From Mobula hypostoma (taxonomy: Eukaryota), in NCBI RefSeq assembly GCF_963921235.1, contig NC_086109.1, positions 10,418,001 through 10,482,000 on the forward strand: a stretch of 64,000 bases of DNA, given 5' to 3'. A model generated the notes under the pieces. It did not search any database, was not told the origin of the DNA, and saw nothing but the letters and a program-made list of their open reading frames with translations. The stretch's first letter is position 1. Each line of letters starts with the position of its first letter. The position numbers and the translations under genes are program-made. Below, piece after piece: positions 26,301 to 39,056 of the stretch.

Positions 26301-29300
26301 TCCAGGTAATATCAAGATCATGAGATGAAGAATCCTTGAAGTGGAGTCCATAGGTTGTGGGGAACATTTCAGTGATCGGGCTAGTAAAATTGAGTGAAAT
26401 TATCCCGTTTTGGTTCAAGAGCCTGATGTTTGAAGGGTAATAAATGTTCCTGAACCTGGTGGAGTGAGTCCTGAAGCTCCTGTACCACCTTCCTGATGGC
26501 ACTCCGAGAACACAGCATGACCTGGATGGTGGGGGTCCCTAATGATGGATGCTGCTTTCTGTGTAAATGTTGTTCAGTGGTGCAGAGGGCATTACCCATG
26601 ATGGATTGGGCTGTATTCACTACTTTTTGTAGGATTTTCCATTCCAGGAAGAGGTGTTTCCATACCAGGCTGTGATGCAGCCACTCAATATACTCTTCAC
26701 CGTACATCTATAGAAGTCAAAGATTTAGATGCTGAATCTTCACAAGCTCCTAAGGAAGAAGAAGAGGTGCTGCTTTGCTTTCTTCGTAATTGCAATTACA
26801 GGTCCTCTGAATTGATAACACCGAGGAATTCAAAGTTTGGTGGAGACCCCCTCCACCAGATTAAAAGTAATTATACCAACATCATGATCAAGAATCTTTC
26901 TCCTTCAAATACCAATAGAGTTCTTTACTTCTTCAATCATTTGAGCTCAACCTTGGCTGCTTCACGTCTGATCCTCTGATGAGAACTGGCTAATGGATCT
27001 CTGGTTTCCTCCTCCTGGTCAATAATCAGCTCCCTGGTCTGCTGACATTGAGAGGTTTTCACATTTCCCAGCTTGTATCTCTGTAATTTGTCCTTTCTGA
27101 TCCAAGAACCAGCTCCACTCCCAATCACCTGAGTTTCCCACCGACAGTGTAAGATGATGAGTTGTATAAGATGGTAAGAGATAAACTTCTATAGATGTAT
27201 AGTGCAGAGTATACTGACTTGCTACATCACAGCCTGATATGAAAACACCAATCCCTTTGAGTTACAACAAGTAGTGGATACGGCCCACTACATGGATAAA
27301 GCCCTCCCAACCATTGAGCACACCTACATGAAATACTGTTGTAGGAAAGCAGCATCCATCATCAGAGATCCTCACTACCTAGGCCATGCTCTTTTCTCGC
27401 TGCTGCCATCAGGTAGAAGAGATAAGAGCCTCAGGACTCACACCACCAGGTTCAAGAGCAGCTAGTACCATTCAACCATCGGGCTCTTGAACAAAAGGGA
27501 ATAACTGCACTCACTTGCCCACCCAATGATCTTCCATTAAACACTCTGTTTTATTATCTCATGTTCTCATTATTTACTATTTATTTATATTTGCACAGTT
27601 TGTTGTCTTCTGCAATCTGGTTGATCTTTCATTGATCCTGTTACAGTTGCTATTCTATAGATTTGTTGAGTATGCCCACAAGAAAATGAATCTCAGGGTT
27701 GTATATGGTGACATATATCTACTTTGATAATAAAATTTGCTTAGAACTTTGAAAGAGTGGACAGCCAGTGCTTGTTACCCAGGGTAGCAGTTCAGAATAA
27801 ACAAGTTCAAGAACTTAGAGATGCATTTTTTCTGTGGCAACTTGTGACCTGAAACGTGAAAAGGTTTTGAGAAAGAGTTTAATTACTTTCAAAAGAGAAC
27901 GAGAAACAGTTCATCTTTCTGAACTCTGAGGAATAAGCACTGAGTCAATAGCTATAGGGTGACTGTCACAGACTATGGGTAACTACAACTTCGGCATTTC
28001 CCTGTGAAACTCGAGAAGTTCCAAAATTGCCATCAGGTCCTCAAAGTGACAACAGTGAATAGTTTTGGTTCCTCTGTAAAATCCTGGATTTGTAAATTTG
28101 CCCAGGAGTTTGAAATCTAATTATTCATTAAAAAGTTGGGTAGAAAGGAGCAATCAATCTCTTCCAACCAATACTGATGTGATGGAGCCAAGGTTGTAGA
28201 AGAAAATAACTCTATTGGTATTTGAAGGAGAAAATTTCTTGGTTATGATGTTGGTATAATTATTCTTAATCTGGCTCATGATGTTTTTAAGCATGAAAGC
28301 TGGGAGCTGCTGGTGATCACCACACAACTGGAAAATGTCGTTGGGTTGGTGATGGTGCAGGGGGAAATCATGAGGGGTATAGATAAGGGTACACATTCAC
28401 AGTTGTAGTAGTAGTACGGTCACTTAAAGTGAGTTTGATGTTCTCCTGAGGGGTTATTCCTTTAATGGAGAATGTCTTTAACATGGGGAGGCTGATGCAC
28501 AGGCAGCCACCACTCGTTGGCATGGGATGCAAGACAATTAGAGAGCCTTCATTGCTGTAGTGTTCCTCCACCTTCACTGGCGCTGTAATGAGTCATCATC
28601 TTCTGCTGGCTCCACAGTTGGGGTCTTTGTTGGATCGCTCTTTGTCTGGAACCTCCCCCCTGACCTAACCCCCCCTCCCCTCCATGGGTGACGCTACTCC
28701 AGTCGGCATTGCTCTCAGGAACTCACAAGCCACTTCATGACAAGATGATGATCTTCAGAGAAGCAATCTGGCATTGATACAGGCCCTTCGGCCCAATCAT
28801 TCCATGCTGACCCAACTAGTTTCATTTTCCTGTGCTTGGACCGTATCTCTCAAGCCCCACATCTTTGTGTACCTATCCAAAGGGCTTTGTAAATGGTACT
28901 CTCGTACTTGTATCAGCCTGTCGCTTACCCCACCCCCAGCACAGGGGAGTCTAAAATCAGAGACTGTAGATTTGGGGTGAGGTGGGGGGGTGGGGACATT
29001 TCATGCGGGCCTCTGAGACCTCTCGTCAATGTTCCCACGAAGGGTTTCTGACCGGAAATAGTGACTCCACATCTCTTCCCGCAGAAATGACCAGACCTGT
29101 CGAGTGTTTCCAGAGATTTTAGATTCCCAGTACCTGCGGTTTTGTTGACTGTAACAACTTCAGGGCACCCCTGTTATTTATAGCCAATTATGTACTTTTG
29201 AAATGGTTGCTCCTGTAATGGGGAAGTATATTGTATGCACGCACACTGTGTCCCTCACATATAAGATGTAAGACGTAGAGCATAACTGCACAGTGCAGGC

Positions 29301-30683
29301 CCCACAATGTGTCGTACTTTTAACCTCTCAGATCAACCCTTCCCTCCCACGTAGCCTTTCATTTTTCTATAATTTAGCTGCCCATTTAAGAGCCTTTTTA
29401 ATAATGACCAGATTAGTCTGTTTTTGAGAATTAATTGAAAGGGAAATGCTGCCCAGTCACTGGGGAGTGCTCAGCTCTATGGCATTATTAACAATCCACC
29501 AAAAGACGTCACAGGGCTTTAACTTAATGCCTCATTCATAAGGCCACGCATCATCAGGTCAGCTAGACTTTGTCCGTAAGTCACTGGAATGGGACTAGAA
29601 CCTTCTGGCTGTGGGTGACAACATAACTACACCAAGACTAAAACTTTCAAACGTAATTAACTAGAACAAGTTCAGTTTAACTTATAACGATCCACAAGAA
29701 ATGGCTCACTGAAAGAGCTAAATTAACTGAGTTTTATAAACCACTCCCCCGCCTTGTTCGTTCTTACAAAAGAGCCAGCAACCACAAAACCAAACAAATG
29801 AAGCTAATAATTCCCTGCAGCTTCTTGTCTGCAGATCCTATTCCTCTTTATTGACGTAAACAGAAGTAATATATCATGGCACTAAAATCCAAATAAGTCA
29901 CAAACACTGAAATAAATCTTCTCAATAGATCGACCCACAAAATTCTAACCCAAACAATCACTCTTGTAGCAACATATCCATATTTCTGTTTAGGTTTTTA
30001 AAACTCGTCTTCCTGTTGAAAAACTAATAAACTTCTCACCTTCCTGTTGAAATTTCTAACCACTGTTGGTAAATGGTCACATCTGCTTATCTGTGTTTCC
30101 GTGCCTGTCTCCAGCAGCTGTTTTGGACGGAACCAGACTGTTCAGGACCTCGTCGGCCATCTTGTCAGCAAGGCTATACGTTTCATAATGTTGGCTGACT
30201 GTAACCTTTCCCTTGACTTGCGCTCAGTGGCCACTTTATTGGGTACACCTTGCAACTTAAGTGTGGTCTTCTGCTGTAGCCCATCCACTGCAAGGTTCAA
30301 CAGGTTATGTTACCAGAGATGCTCTCTGCACTCTTCCTGTCGCAGCAGCCTGAAGGAGGGTCACAGCCCAAAATGTCGACTGTTTATTCCTTTCCATAGA
30401 TGCTGCGTGACATGAATTCCTCCAGCATTTTGTGTGTGTTGCTTTGGGCCTTCCAGCATCTGCAGACTTTGTGTTTACACCCTTCATTCTAGCCTTGTGT
30501 CTCTGTCCTCTAATGTTAGACCCCCCCACCGCTAGACGGGAAAAGTTTTCTAACAACCCTATCTATGCATCTCAATGTTGTAAACCTCAGGTTTTCCCTC
30601 AGCATTTTCTGCTCCAAAGGAAACAATCCCAGCATTTTTTCAGTTCTCTTGTTTACTAGTAAACATAGTGCAAACAATTTCTC

Positions 30684-30904
30684 GCAACACACATCAAAGT
30701 TGCTGGTGAACGCAGCAGGCCAGGCAGCATCTCCAGGAAGAGGTGCAGTCGACGTTTCGGGCCGAGACCCTTCGTCAGGACTAACTGAAAGAAGAGCTAG
30801 GAAGAGATTTGAAAGTGGGAGGGTTTCCTGGCCTGCTGCGTTCACCAGCAACTTTGATGTGTGTTGCTTGAATTTCCAGCATCTGCAGATTTCCTCGTGC
30901 TTGC
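30684..30904. mobile_element. PLE insertion with inverted arms
   Basis: 41-bp perfect inverted repeat at 30684-30724 and 30827-30867; TSD GCAAACAATTTCTC at 30670-30683 and 30905-30918. Confidence 0.85.
30747..30782 (-). ncRNA. Minimal hammerhead ribozyme motif
   Basis: Minus strand reads AGTC-CTGACGA-A-GGGTCTCGGCCC-GAAAC-GTC-GACT. Confidence 0.68.
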
Positions 30905-32049
30905 GCAAACAATTTCTCAGTTATATTGTCTCTTCCACTTGCCTCAGTCACCATTTCAGTTCTAGAGTCCTAAATGCTGATGTTTCCTTGGCCTTTAGAT
31001 TCAATATGTGAGTGTCCCTGCTATAGTGGAAGGTAACCCACAATACTTGGTAACAAGAGGAGCCTTTCATGAATGAGAAATGGAGTGGCACAATGCCAGC
31101 GATCACTGACTGGGGCTCATTTCCCGCCGGTGTCTGGAAGGAGTTGGGAATTCTCCCCGTGACCATGTGGATTTCCTCTGGGAGCTCTGGTTTCCTCCCC
31201 CACTCCAATAGCCAAGTAGTTAGAGTTGTTAAGTTGTGGCCATGCTATGTTGGCATGGGACTCGTGGACTGTCCCCAGCACAATCCTCGGAGTGGGTAGG
31301 TCATTGACACAAATGGCACATTTCACTGTATGGTTTACTGTACATCCGATCAATAAAAGGTAAATTTTAACTCCTAATGGCAGTTGCAGAATAACCTGCA
31401 ACAGCGGAACGACAAGGTTTGAACTGATGCTGGGTTGCCTGAGCAGTTGTGTAGCAGAAGTAATCTCTTAGTCAGCGAATGAAATGAAAATCTTGGAGTT
31501 CTTCAGTCAATAGGTTTTGTGATGACAGGGTGTAGGTTTCTCTGACTTGTCAACTGAATCTCCCTGCATTATTACCATCGGAAAGAGGTACAGAGGCCTG
31601 AAGACCCACACTAATGTTGCTCAGGGTCTTTGACTGGATATGTGTTTTCTTGCATGACTGTTTTTCTTTGCACTCTGCTTTGTATGTTCCACAACTTGGC
31701 CCCAAAGGAACACTGTCTCGTTCGGCTGCATCCATGTGTGGCTGAATGATAATTAAATTTGATTTGATTTTGACCTGATTTAGGAACAGCTTCTTCCTCT
31801 CCACAATCAGATTTTCTGAGTGGTCCACAAACACTACCTCATTATTCATCATCTGAACGATACATTTATTTTGTAACCCTTAGTAATTTCCATGTCGTGC
31901 ACTGTGCCACCGCTGCAGAACAACATATTTCACAAAATGTCAGTCATAATAAATCTGACTTTTATCCATGATCAGTTTTGTGATTGCCCTGTGCTGAATT
32001 CTCTGTATTGCCTACTGGATAGAATAAGCATTTGTATCTTCTTTTGCAG

Positions 32050-32198
32050 ATTTAAATTCAAGGTCGTCTCGGGTGTTGTTTCTTCTTGTTGTACCTGGAC
32101 ACTTGGTATTTTTATACATCATCAATTCCATGCAAGGGGGACACACGACACTCACACCAATATTTATCGCATTCTACATGATGGCTGCTCTACTGCAA
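32050..32198 (+). CDS. SLC41A1: SLC41A1 exon (149 bp)
   Basis: ttgcag|AT TTA...CAA|gtatgt; [50 protein letters not shown]. Confidence 0.95.
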
Positions 32199-32647
32199 GT
32201 ATGTTCCTTACTGAAATTCAAAATGTATTCTGGCTGCTCTTATTCCAAATTAGAATTCTGCAAAGCTAATTTGGACTGGTATTGGTGTTGTCTCGAGCTA
32301 CTCCACTGTAAATTTTTGAGTTAAAAGTTATTAAACAATGGGATTTTGATTCTCCAGTCTGGTTATACACCTTGATTCAGTGAAAACCTTCGGCCACCAT
32401 CTACCTGAGAAATGCAGGTCAGGCAGCAAAGAGTCTATGTTTCAGGCCGATATCCTTCATAAGATCTGAGGACTGATGACAAGTTCTGATGAAGGGTTTT
32501 AGCTCAGAACATAAACTCTTGGTTTCTTTCCACGGATGCTGCCTGACTTGCTGAGTTCTTCCAGTATTTTGTGTGTTTACTCTGGATTCCCAGTATCTCC
32601 TATGTTTATAATTCTCTTTTATGTGTTTTGAAATCTAGTGTCTACTG

Positions 32648-32728
32648 CAGAGGTTCCCAACCTAGGGTCCACGGACCCCTTTGTTAATGCTAGGAGTCTA
32701 CAGCATAAAAAGAGTTTGGGAACCCTTG
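32648..32728. mobile_element. ~80-bp hAT mini-MITE (other copies at 8151-8232, 15203-15283 and 59025-59104)
   Basis: CAG(A/G)GGTTCCCAACC...GGGAACCC(C/T)TG termini with a shared interior GGGGTCCACGGACCCC. Confidence 0.7.
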
Positions 32729-32809
32729 CTGTACTATGTGATTTTTTTGGAATTGGTTTTTATTCTCACATGTGCCGAGATAGTGATTTTATTCTCTGCT
32801 ACGACACAG

Positions 32810-32995
32810 GTGCTGATCCTGCTTTACGTCGCTGACTGGATGATCCACTGGATGTGGGGACGGGGCATGGATCCCGATAACTTCTCTATTCCTTACCTGA
32901 CAGCACTGGGTGACTTGCTGGGGACAGGCTTCCTTGCACTCAGCTTCCATATCCTCTGGTTGATCGGAGATCGAGATACAGATGTCGGTGATTAA
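32810..32995 (+). CDS. SLC41A1: SLC41A1 terminal coding exon (186 bp including TAA)
   Basis: acacag|GTG...[64 protein letters not shown]. The C-terminus DRDTDVGD and adjacency to RAB29 favour A1 over A2/A3. Confidence 0.96.
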   Translation: MLILLYVADWMIHWMWGRGMDPDNFSIPYLTALGDLLGTGFLALSFHILWLIGDRDTDVGD

Positions 32996-35900
32996 AATGA
33001 AAGCCTCCTCCTGTCAACCCCCCCCCCAATGAAATAGGTGGGGGTGGAGTAGAATCAGCAAGTGCAATTCAATGAAGATAACTTTTAATGAAATTTTACA
33101 CTATGGAGACTGTTTCTCGTACAGCCCATTGCAACAACCAATGGATATACCTAAATAGACTGCAAATAGTGCTTTGACCAAGAAAGGTCATAAATTAAAT
33201 CCCTGCTGTATTTGTTAAAACTGGATTCTGCAGCATGGTAAAGTGGACACTGACTTCAGAACTGGAAGCTGCTAATTCAAGTTAACATTGGTTAATATTT
33301 TTATCGTGCAAGGAGTTGTAACCGGTTATTTGGACATTACGTACATGCCAGGTTTTTTCTTCCCTGACATACACAGAACAGTCTTCCCGAGAGAACCTGC
33401 TGACAGTTAAAAATCTGCAAGGGGATATTCTGGTGTAACAGGGTGGAAAGTCTATTTTCCACTTTTTTTTTCCTAATTCATGGGACGATTATGAATTCAC
33501 GAGCATGATCAGTGTTGTGCATTGTGCAAATTTGCTTCATCTACATTGCTAGATGTGGGGAGAAAGATCCTCTATGATGTATCATTTATATCTACATCTA
33601 CAGATCTAGATATAAATATACAGATAAATGCCTATGTCATTTATTTTTGTTGCCTCTTATTTGGTAGGAGCTGCCAGATTTGATGTAGGTAACACTTAGA
33701 ATCTATTTCTGACTATTTTCCAACATAGGTCTGGTGTCAGAATGAAGGGACAAACTCCCTCTGAATACCCGCTCCACTTTTGGATCTTTCCACTCTCTTT
33801 GGAAATTCACCCAACCCAGCAACATAGGTGCAGAACGGAACTGGCCCCCCTGCAGGCCAGGACTCGAGTAAGGAAAGCGAGGTCAGCTCAGAACAGTGGC
33901 GGCGAATGCAGTCACCAAAGTGATTATTCTTCTTCAGATCACTTAACACCCCCTCACTGGGCTGGACTCTTGGATCTTGTCTAGATGTAGAATTTTAGGA
34001 CAATATATTTTATTCTGGAAGGACTCAACGTTTTGGCATTAAACCAAAAAGTGCCCTGTAAGATATCAACATTTGCCTGAAGCCAGAGTTGTAGCTATCA
34101 TTGTTAATGGAAAATAATTTTGCTTCGTAGAGCATAAAACACTACAGCACAGCATGGGCCCTTCAGCCCACAATGTTGTGCCAACCTTTTAACATACTCT
34201 AAGATCAATCTAACCTTCTCTGCAACGTAGCCTCCATTTTTCTATCATTCATGTGCCTAACTAAGAGTTTTATTAAATGTCCCTAATGCATCTACCCACT
34301 ACCCCGGCAGGGTGTTCCACACATCCACGGCTCTGTGTGTATATATAAAAAAAAAACAACTTACCTCTGACAACTATTTTCCTCCCATCACAGTAAAATT
34401 ATCATCATCATGCCCCATGTCGTATGATGTTGGCGATCATGGTCTTTGATCATGATTGTTCTTGGCAAATTTTTCTACAGAAGTGGTTTGCCATTGCCTT
34501 CTTCTGGACAGTGGCTTTACAAGATGAGTGACCACAGCCATTATCAATACCCTTCAGAGATTGTCTGCCTGGCGTCAGTAGTCACATAAACCAGAGCTTG
34601 TGATATGCACCAGCTACTCGTGCAACCATCCACCACCCGCTCCCATGGTTTCGCGTGACCCTGATTGGGGGGGGGGGTTCTAAGTAGGTGCTACACCTTG
34701 CCCAAGGGGGTGACCTGCACGCTAGCGGAGGGAAGGAGCGCCCTACACCTCCTTTCGTGGAAACGTATCTCCACCTCACCACCCAAAGTTATGCCCTCTT
34801 ATTTCCACCCTGGGGAAAAGTCTCTGAGTATCCACTTGATAACTGTTTCTCACAAGTGCCAGTTTATGCCATACTGCTAACACAGATTAAGTTAGTGTAC
34901 TACAAAGTTGCGAAGTGACCCTCTGTTTTAACAAAGATCATTGGTAAAGCATCTACAGGCTATGGCACTACCCGAGCAAACTTGATTGAATGTAGTGGTT
35001 TCCCCTAGTGATTTTCACAACACATTGTCACATGCACTCACTGTGAGGTGCTTGATTTTTTTTTTAAAAAGAAAACTTCTTAAACTGTCTAAATACTGAA
35101 ATCATTCAACTGTAAAATAGGTATATTGGTCGCAAGATATTGTAGCACAAACTGACCGGTTACTCAAGACAAACTGAAATTCTCAGTTTACTGTCCTTGG
35201 CTAATGACTCTGCATAGTGGTCTGTTGAACCAGTACGGTAAATGGTTTTTGATGAATCTCAGTTGACCAAAAGTGTGTTTCATCAGAGCCGCTCGAAACT
35301 TTTAAACCATGCATCTCAGTCTCTGATAGAAAATGCACCGTAGACAGATCAGTCACAGGGAATCCAGCTGGCATCCTTTTGTACGCTTCTCTATATTGCA
35401 CTTTTTTTCCTTGCAGCTTCCAAAGATTATTGCAAGAGAGTGTTTAGCATGTGGTGGTGGCCTTGCATTACTGAAAATTCATGGAGTTTCAAACACAGAA
35501 ATTCATCTTTAGTCACCTGTGCTAGGCGGTGGGTACAACACAGTGGTGAGGCATTGTAATGCACTTGTGATGTTCACTTCTGAATTCAATAGAGCCGAAT
35601 TTCATGAGCCAAGTACAATAGGCACCTGGTACTATTTTGCAGGCACATCAGAGAGTAGAATTAGAATTTCTCCTGTCTTTTTTGCTCAGAGGTTGGTAAA
35701 TCTCTGGAATGCAGGGGGGCTTTGGAGACGGAAACACTGAAGATATTCAAAGAAGTTGTGGATAGGTCTTTCCAAAGATCAGGGGATGTAGATCTATGAG
35801 GACATGAGACTGGAATCTGGAGCATTAGAGTCCAGGTGAAGGATTTTCAGTCTTGTTCCCTTCCATAGATGCTGCCTGACCCACTGCTGTGCGTGAGCAT

Positions 35901-37536
35901 CTGCCGTGTTGCTTTGGTCTATGGGCATCTGCTACAAATAAGGAGCTGGGATAGATCTGCCACATTCATACTGAATGGTGGGGTGAGCTTGAGGAGCTGG
36001 CTGGCCCTCTCCCGTTCTTGCATTCATTTCTGAATAGTTAATCTGGAGATTTTTGGACAAGATGGTGGAATGGTTGGCTCTATCCTCAATGTCCCTGGTC
36101 CTTTCGGTCATCAGTAGTTCATGTATGAGGGTTGCAACTGCCCTTGGATCACGAAGGAAGTAAATGTTTTTTTCCGTTTTTGCTGCTCCTGTCTCATCTC
36201 TGCTGGCTGATTATCTTGACCATCTGGATCTTAATCCGAAAGGTTGGTGCCAAAACATTACTGCAGTTATGTATTCTTGGCATGAAGCGTCGACTGTACT
36301 CTTTTCTGTAGATGCTGCCTGGCCTGCTGAGTTCCTCCAGCACTGTCTGTGTGTGTGTGTGTTGCTCGGATTTCCAGCCTCTGCAGATTTTCTTGTTTAT
36401 GTATTGTAGATGCTGGAAACCTGAAATCAAATGGAAATGTTGGAAATGCTCAGCAGATCAGACGGGTTGGCGAGCGAGAGAGAGAGGGATATAGAGAGAG
36501 CGATAATATTTTAGGTCTATGACTTTTCATCAGAAGTGAGAAGGCAAGTGATTGGGCTCTCAGGAAAAAGTGAAGAGAACAAAAATCTGTTCAGATGGAA
36601 ACTGAGTAAAGTATTAAATACATGCTGTCTGAGACTACTTGTTAATCATAGCTTGGATTAATCTGACAGATGTAAATAGACCTAGGGATAGAAGAGAAAA
36701 AATGAACAATGGCGGAATCGAGATGCGGAACGCAACAACAAAACAAAAATAATGTGGGGAAATACCCATCAGGTTGGGCGGCATCTGTGCAGAGAGGTTA
36801 AGCTCAATAACCCTTGTGTGACCACTCCAAAATATTCAAAGTTTTCAAAATTGGAAACTTTCGCACAATCACTTCAAACAATTAATGAAATTATTTTTGT
36901 CATATCCTTTGCACTTTTATTTTTTTAAAAAAAGGCAACAACTTCTATTGATCTTAATTGATTGATTCTGAGGTGATTATAAATGTTGCTGACAGATTCA
37001 CTGGCTTCTTCACAGTGATGTGTCCATCCTCAGACAGGTTAACGCAAGCCGTAGATACTTCTGGGTGTTTGCACTGGGCTCAGAATGGTGCCTGTCGCTC
37101 CTCAAATTCGATTCTCCAAGGTTTTTTCAGTCGTACGATCTTGAAGCATAGAAGGAGACTGGTCTGCCTACTGTGCCAACCTCCATATCCCTCCAAACTC
37201 GTCCTCTTCCAATACTTGTACAGAGACTATTGAAGTTTCCTGTGGATTAATTTATAATCACTTTGATGTGCAGTATTTGGATCCTAAACTCCCCTCCTCT
37301 TTTACACCCACACCCCAGCCCTGGATACAGTAATTACTTTCAATCTATACCACACTCGCCATGCTGCTGAGAGCATCTTCTGGATTTAGTTCCTGCTTCC
37401 TATCATCATTGTTGGGTTTTCTCAGCTGCGCTCCATCAGATGGGTCATTGAAATCTATCTAATGATCCACTGTACATTTCAGTCCAAGATCCTGTTGGGC
37501 CTGGACAGCTCCCTCCTCAAAGCAATGGTCAAAATA

Positions 37537-38047
37537 TACCTAGTGGCCACTTTATAAGGTACACCTTGGAACCTCTTTTGCTGCTGTAGCCCATCCACTT
37601 CAAGGTTTGACGTGTTGTGTATTCAGAAATGCTGTTCTGCACACGTAATGCATGGTGATTTGAGTTGCTGTCAGCTTGAAACAATCTGGCTATTTTCCTC
37701 TGACCTCTTGCACTATCAAAGCAAATTTGCCCACAGAACTGGATGGTGTTTTTTTTCTTTTGTTTTTTCACACCATTCTTTGTAAACACTAGAGACTCCT
37801 GTGTGTGAGAATCCCAGGAGATCAGCAGTTTCTGTGACGCTCAAACCACCCCATCTGGTACCAACAATTATTCCATGGCCAAAGTCACTTAGACCACATT
37901 TCTTCCCCATTCTGATGTTTGGTCTGAACAACAACTGAACCTCTTAGTCATGTCTGCATATGTTTATGCATTGAGTTGCTGCCCTGTGATTGGCTGATTA
38001 TATATTTGCATTAAGCAGGTGTACCCTTATAAAGTGGCTGCTGAGTG
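37537..38047 (-). mobile_element. Tc1/mariner-like defective element (second copy; a fragment also near 30222-30330)
   Basis: Same TIRs; Tc1-type HTH remnant MGKKCGLSDFGHGIIVGTRWGGLSVTETADLLGFSHTGVSSVYKEW. Confidence 0.82.
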
Positions 38048-39050
38048 TAGTTTCTGCTTCTGTTCATCATTGTTGGAAGTTGCCGGCTGATTCATTCAGC
38101 TGTACTCCGTTATGTTGGCCTTTGAAATCAATCTTATGATCCCTGTGTATATATTAGTCCTAGATCCTATTTGACCTGGACAGCTCCTTAAATGGTTAAA
38201 ATGCATTAAATCATAATAACAGTTGGTTTCTCATTTTCGGAACAGATTTATTATTGCTGAAATTTGCACATGTCACATATCTTTTTAAAAAGTTACAAAA
38301 AAAAAATCACAGCAATAGCATCTCCTTCCCCAAAGAGCACTGCAACTGTCTATAATGAGAAAGGAGTGACCTGTAACAGTGTATAAATATTTTGATAACT
38401 GTTAATGAATTTATTAAATAATTGAATCTGTATATTAAATGCATATTCTAGATCAAATGATTTTATGAAGGGTTTAATTATTTTATTTTGCAAGACCAGA
38501 ATATATTTTAGAATTGTTTGGGGCCATTTTCTCTCCTTGGCCTTTTGACTGCTGTATTATGGGAGAAAATGGCCAACTTAACTCTGTGAAACCCCTGGTC
38601 ATTGGTGGTGACTTTTCAGCCCAAGATGAAGAAAATCAGGACAACTCCATAGTACTTGCCTTCTATCTCCCCCCCCCCCCCGCCCCCAACCAGGTCAAAA
38701 ATCTTCAAAAATAATGAATCAGTGCAATTGTGGAGCAGGTTGAAGATTAACTCTCCTCAAGTTATCAGTATTTAACTGAACAGTTATAGGGGTTTTTTGT
38801 GCACTTGCTATTTTTATCGTGGAACGTGATCGAAAATGCAAAACAAAAGTGCATCCTAACAATATTGTATTATGACCAGATGTGTTCTATTCTAACTTCA
38901 TTCTTGTACTGTGAATGGAAATTTGTCCAGATCCAAACCTGATGTACTCTGTCTTCTGACCCAGTTTCCTGCAGAGTATGTCTAAAATGAATATTTATAT
39001 TCTAAATTGCCAAGATGTTGTGAACATCCTGGGGAGTCTGTATTTGCTAA

Positions 39051-39056
39051 AATAAA
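39051..39056 (+). terminator. Candidate SLC41A1 polyadenylation signal (AATAAA)
   Basis: First canonical AATAAA I noticed after the stop codon. It ends an AT-rich, TE-poor block (about 38200-39100) and is followed by CA and T-rich sequence; earlier ATTAAA variants exist. Confidence 0.4.

Noticed and set aside
32681..32809. ORF extension upstream of the last SLC41A1 exon
   Set aside because: Intronic, overlaps a mini-MITE and has no SLC41 similarity before the acceptor at 32809.
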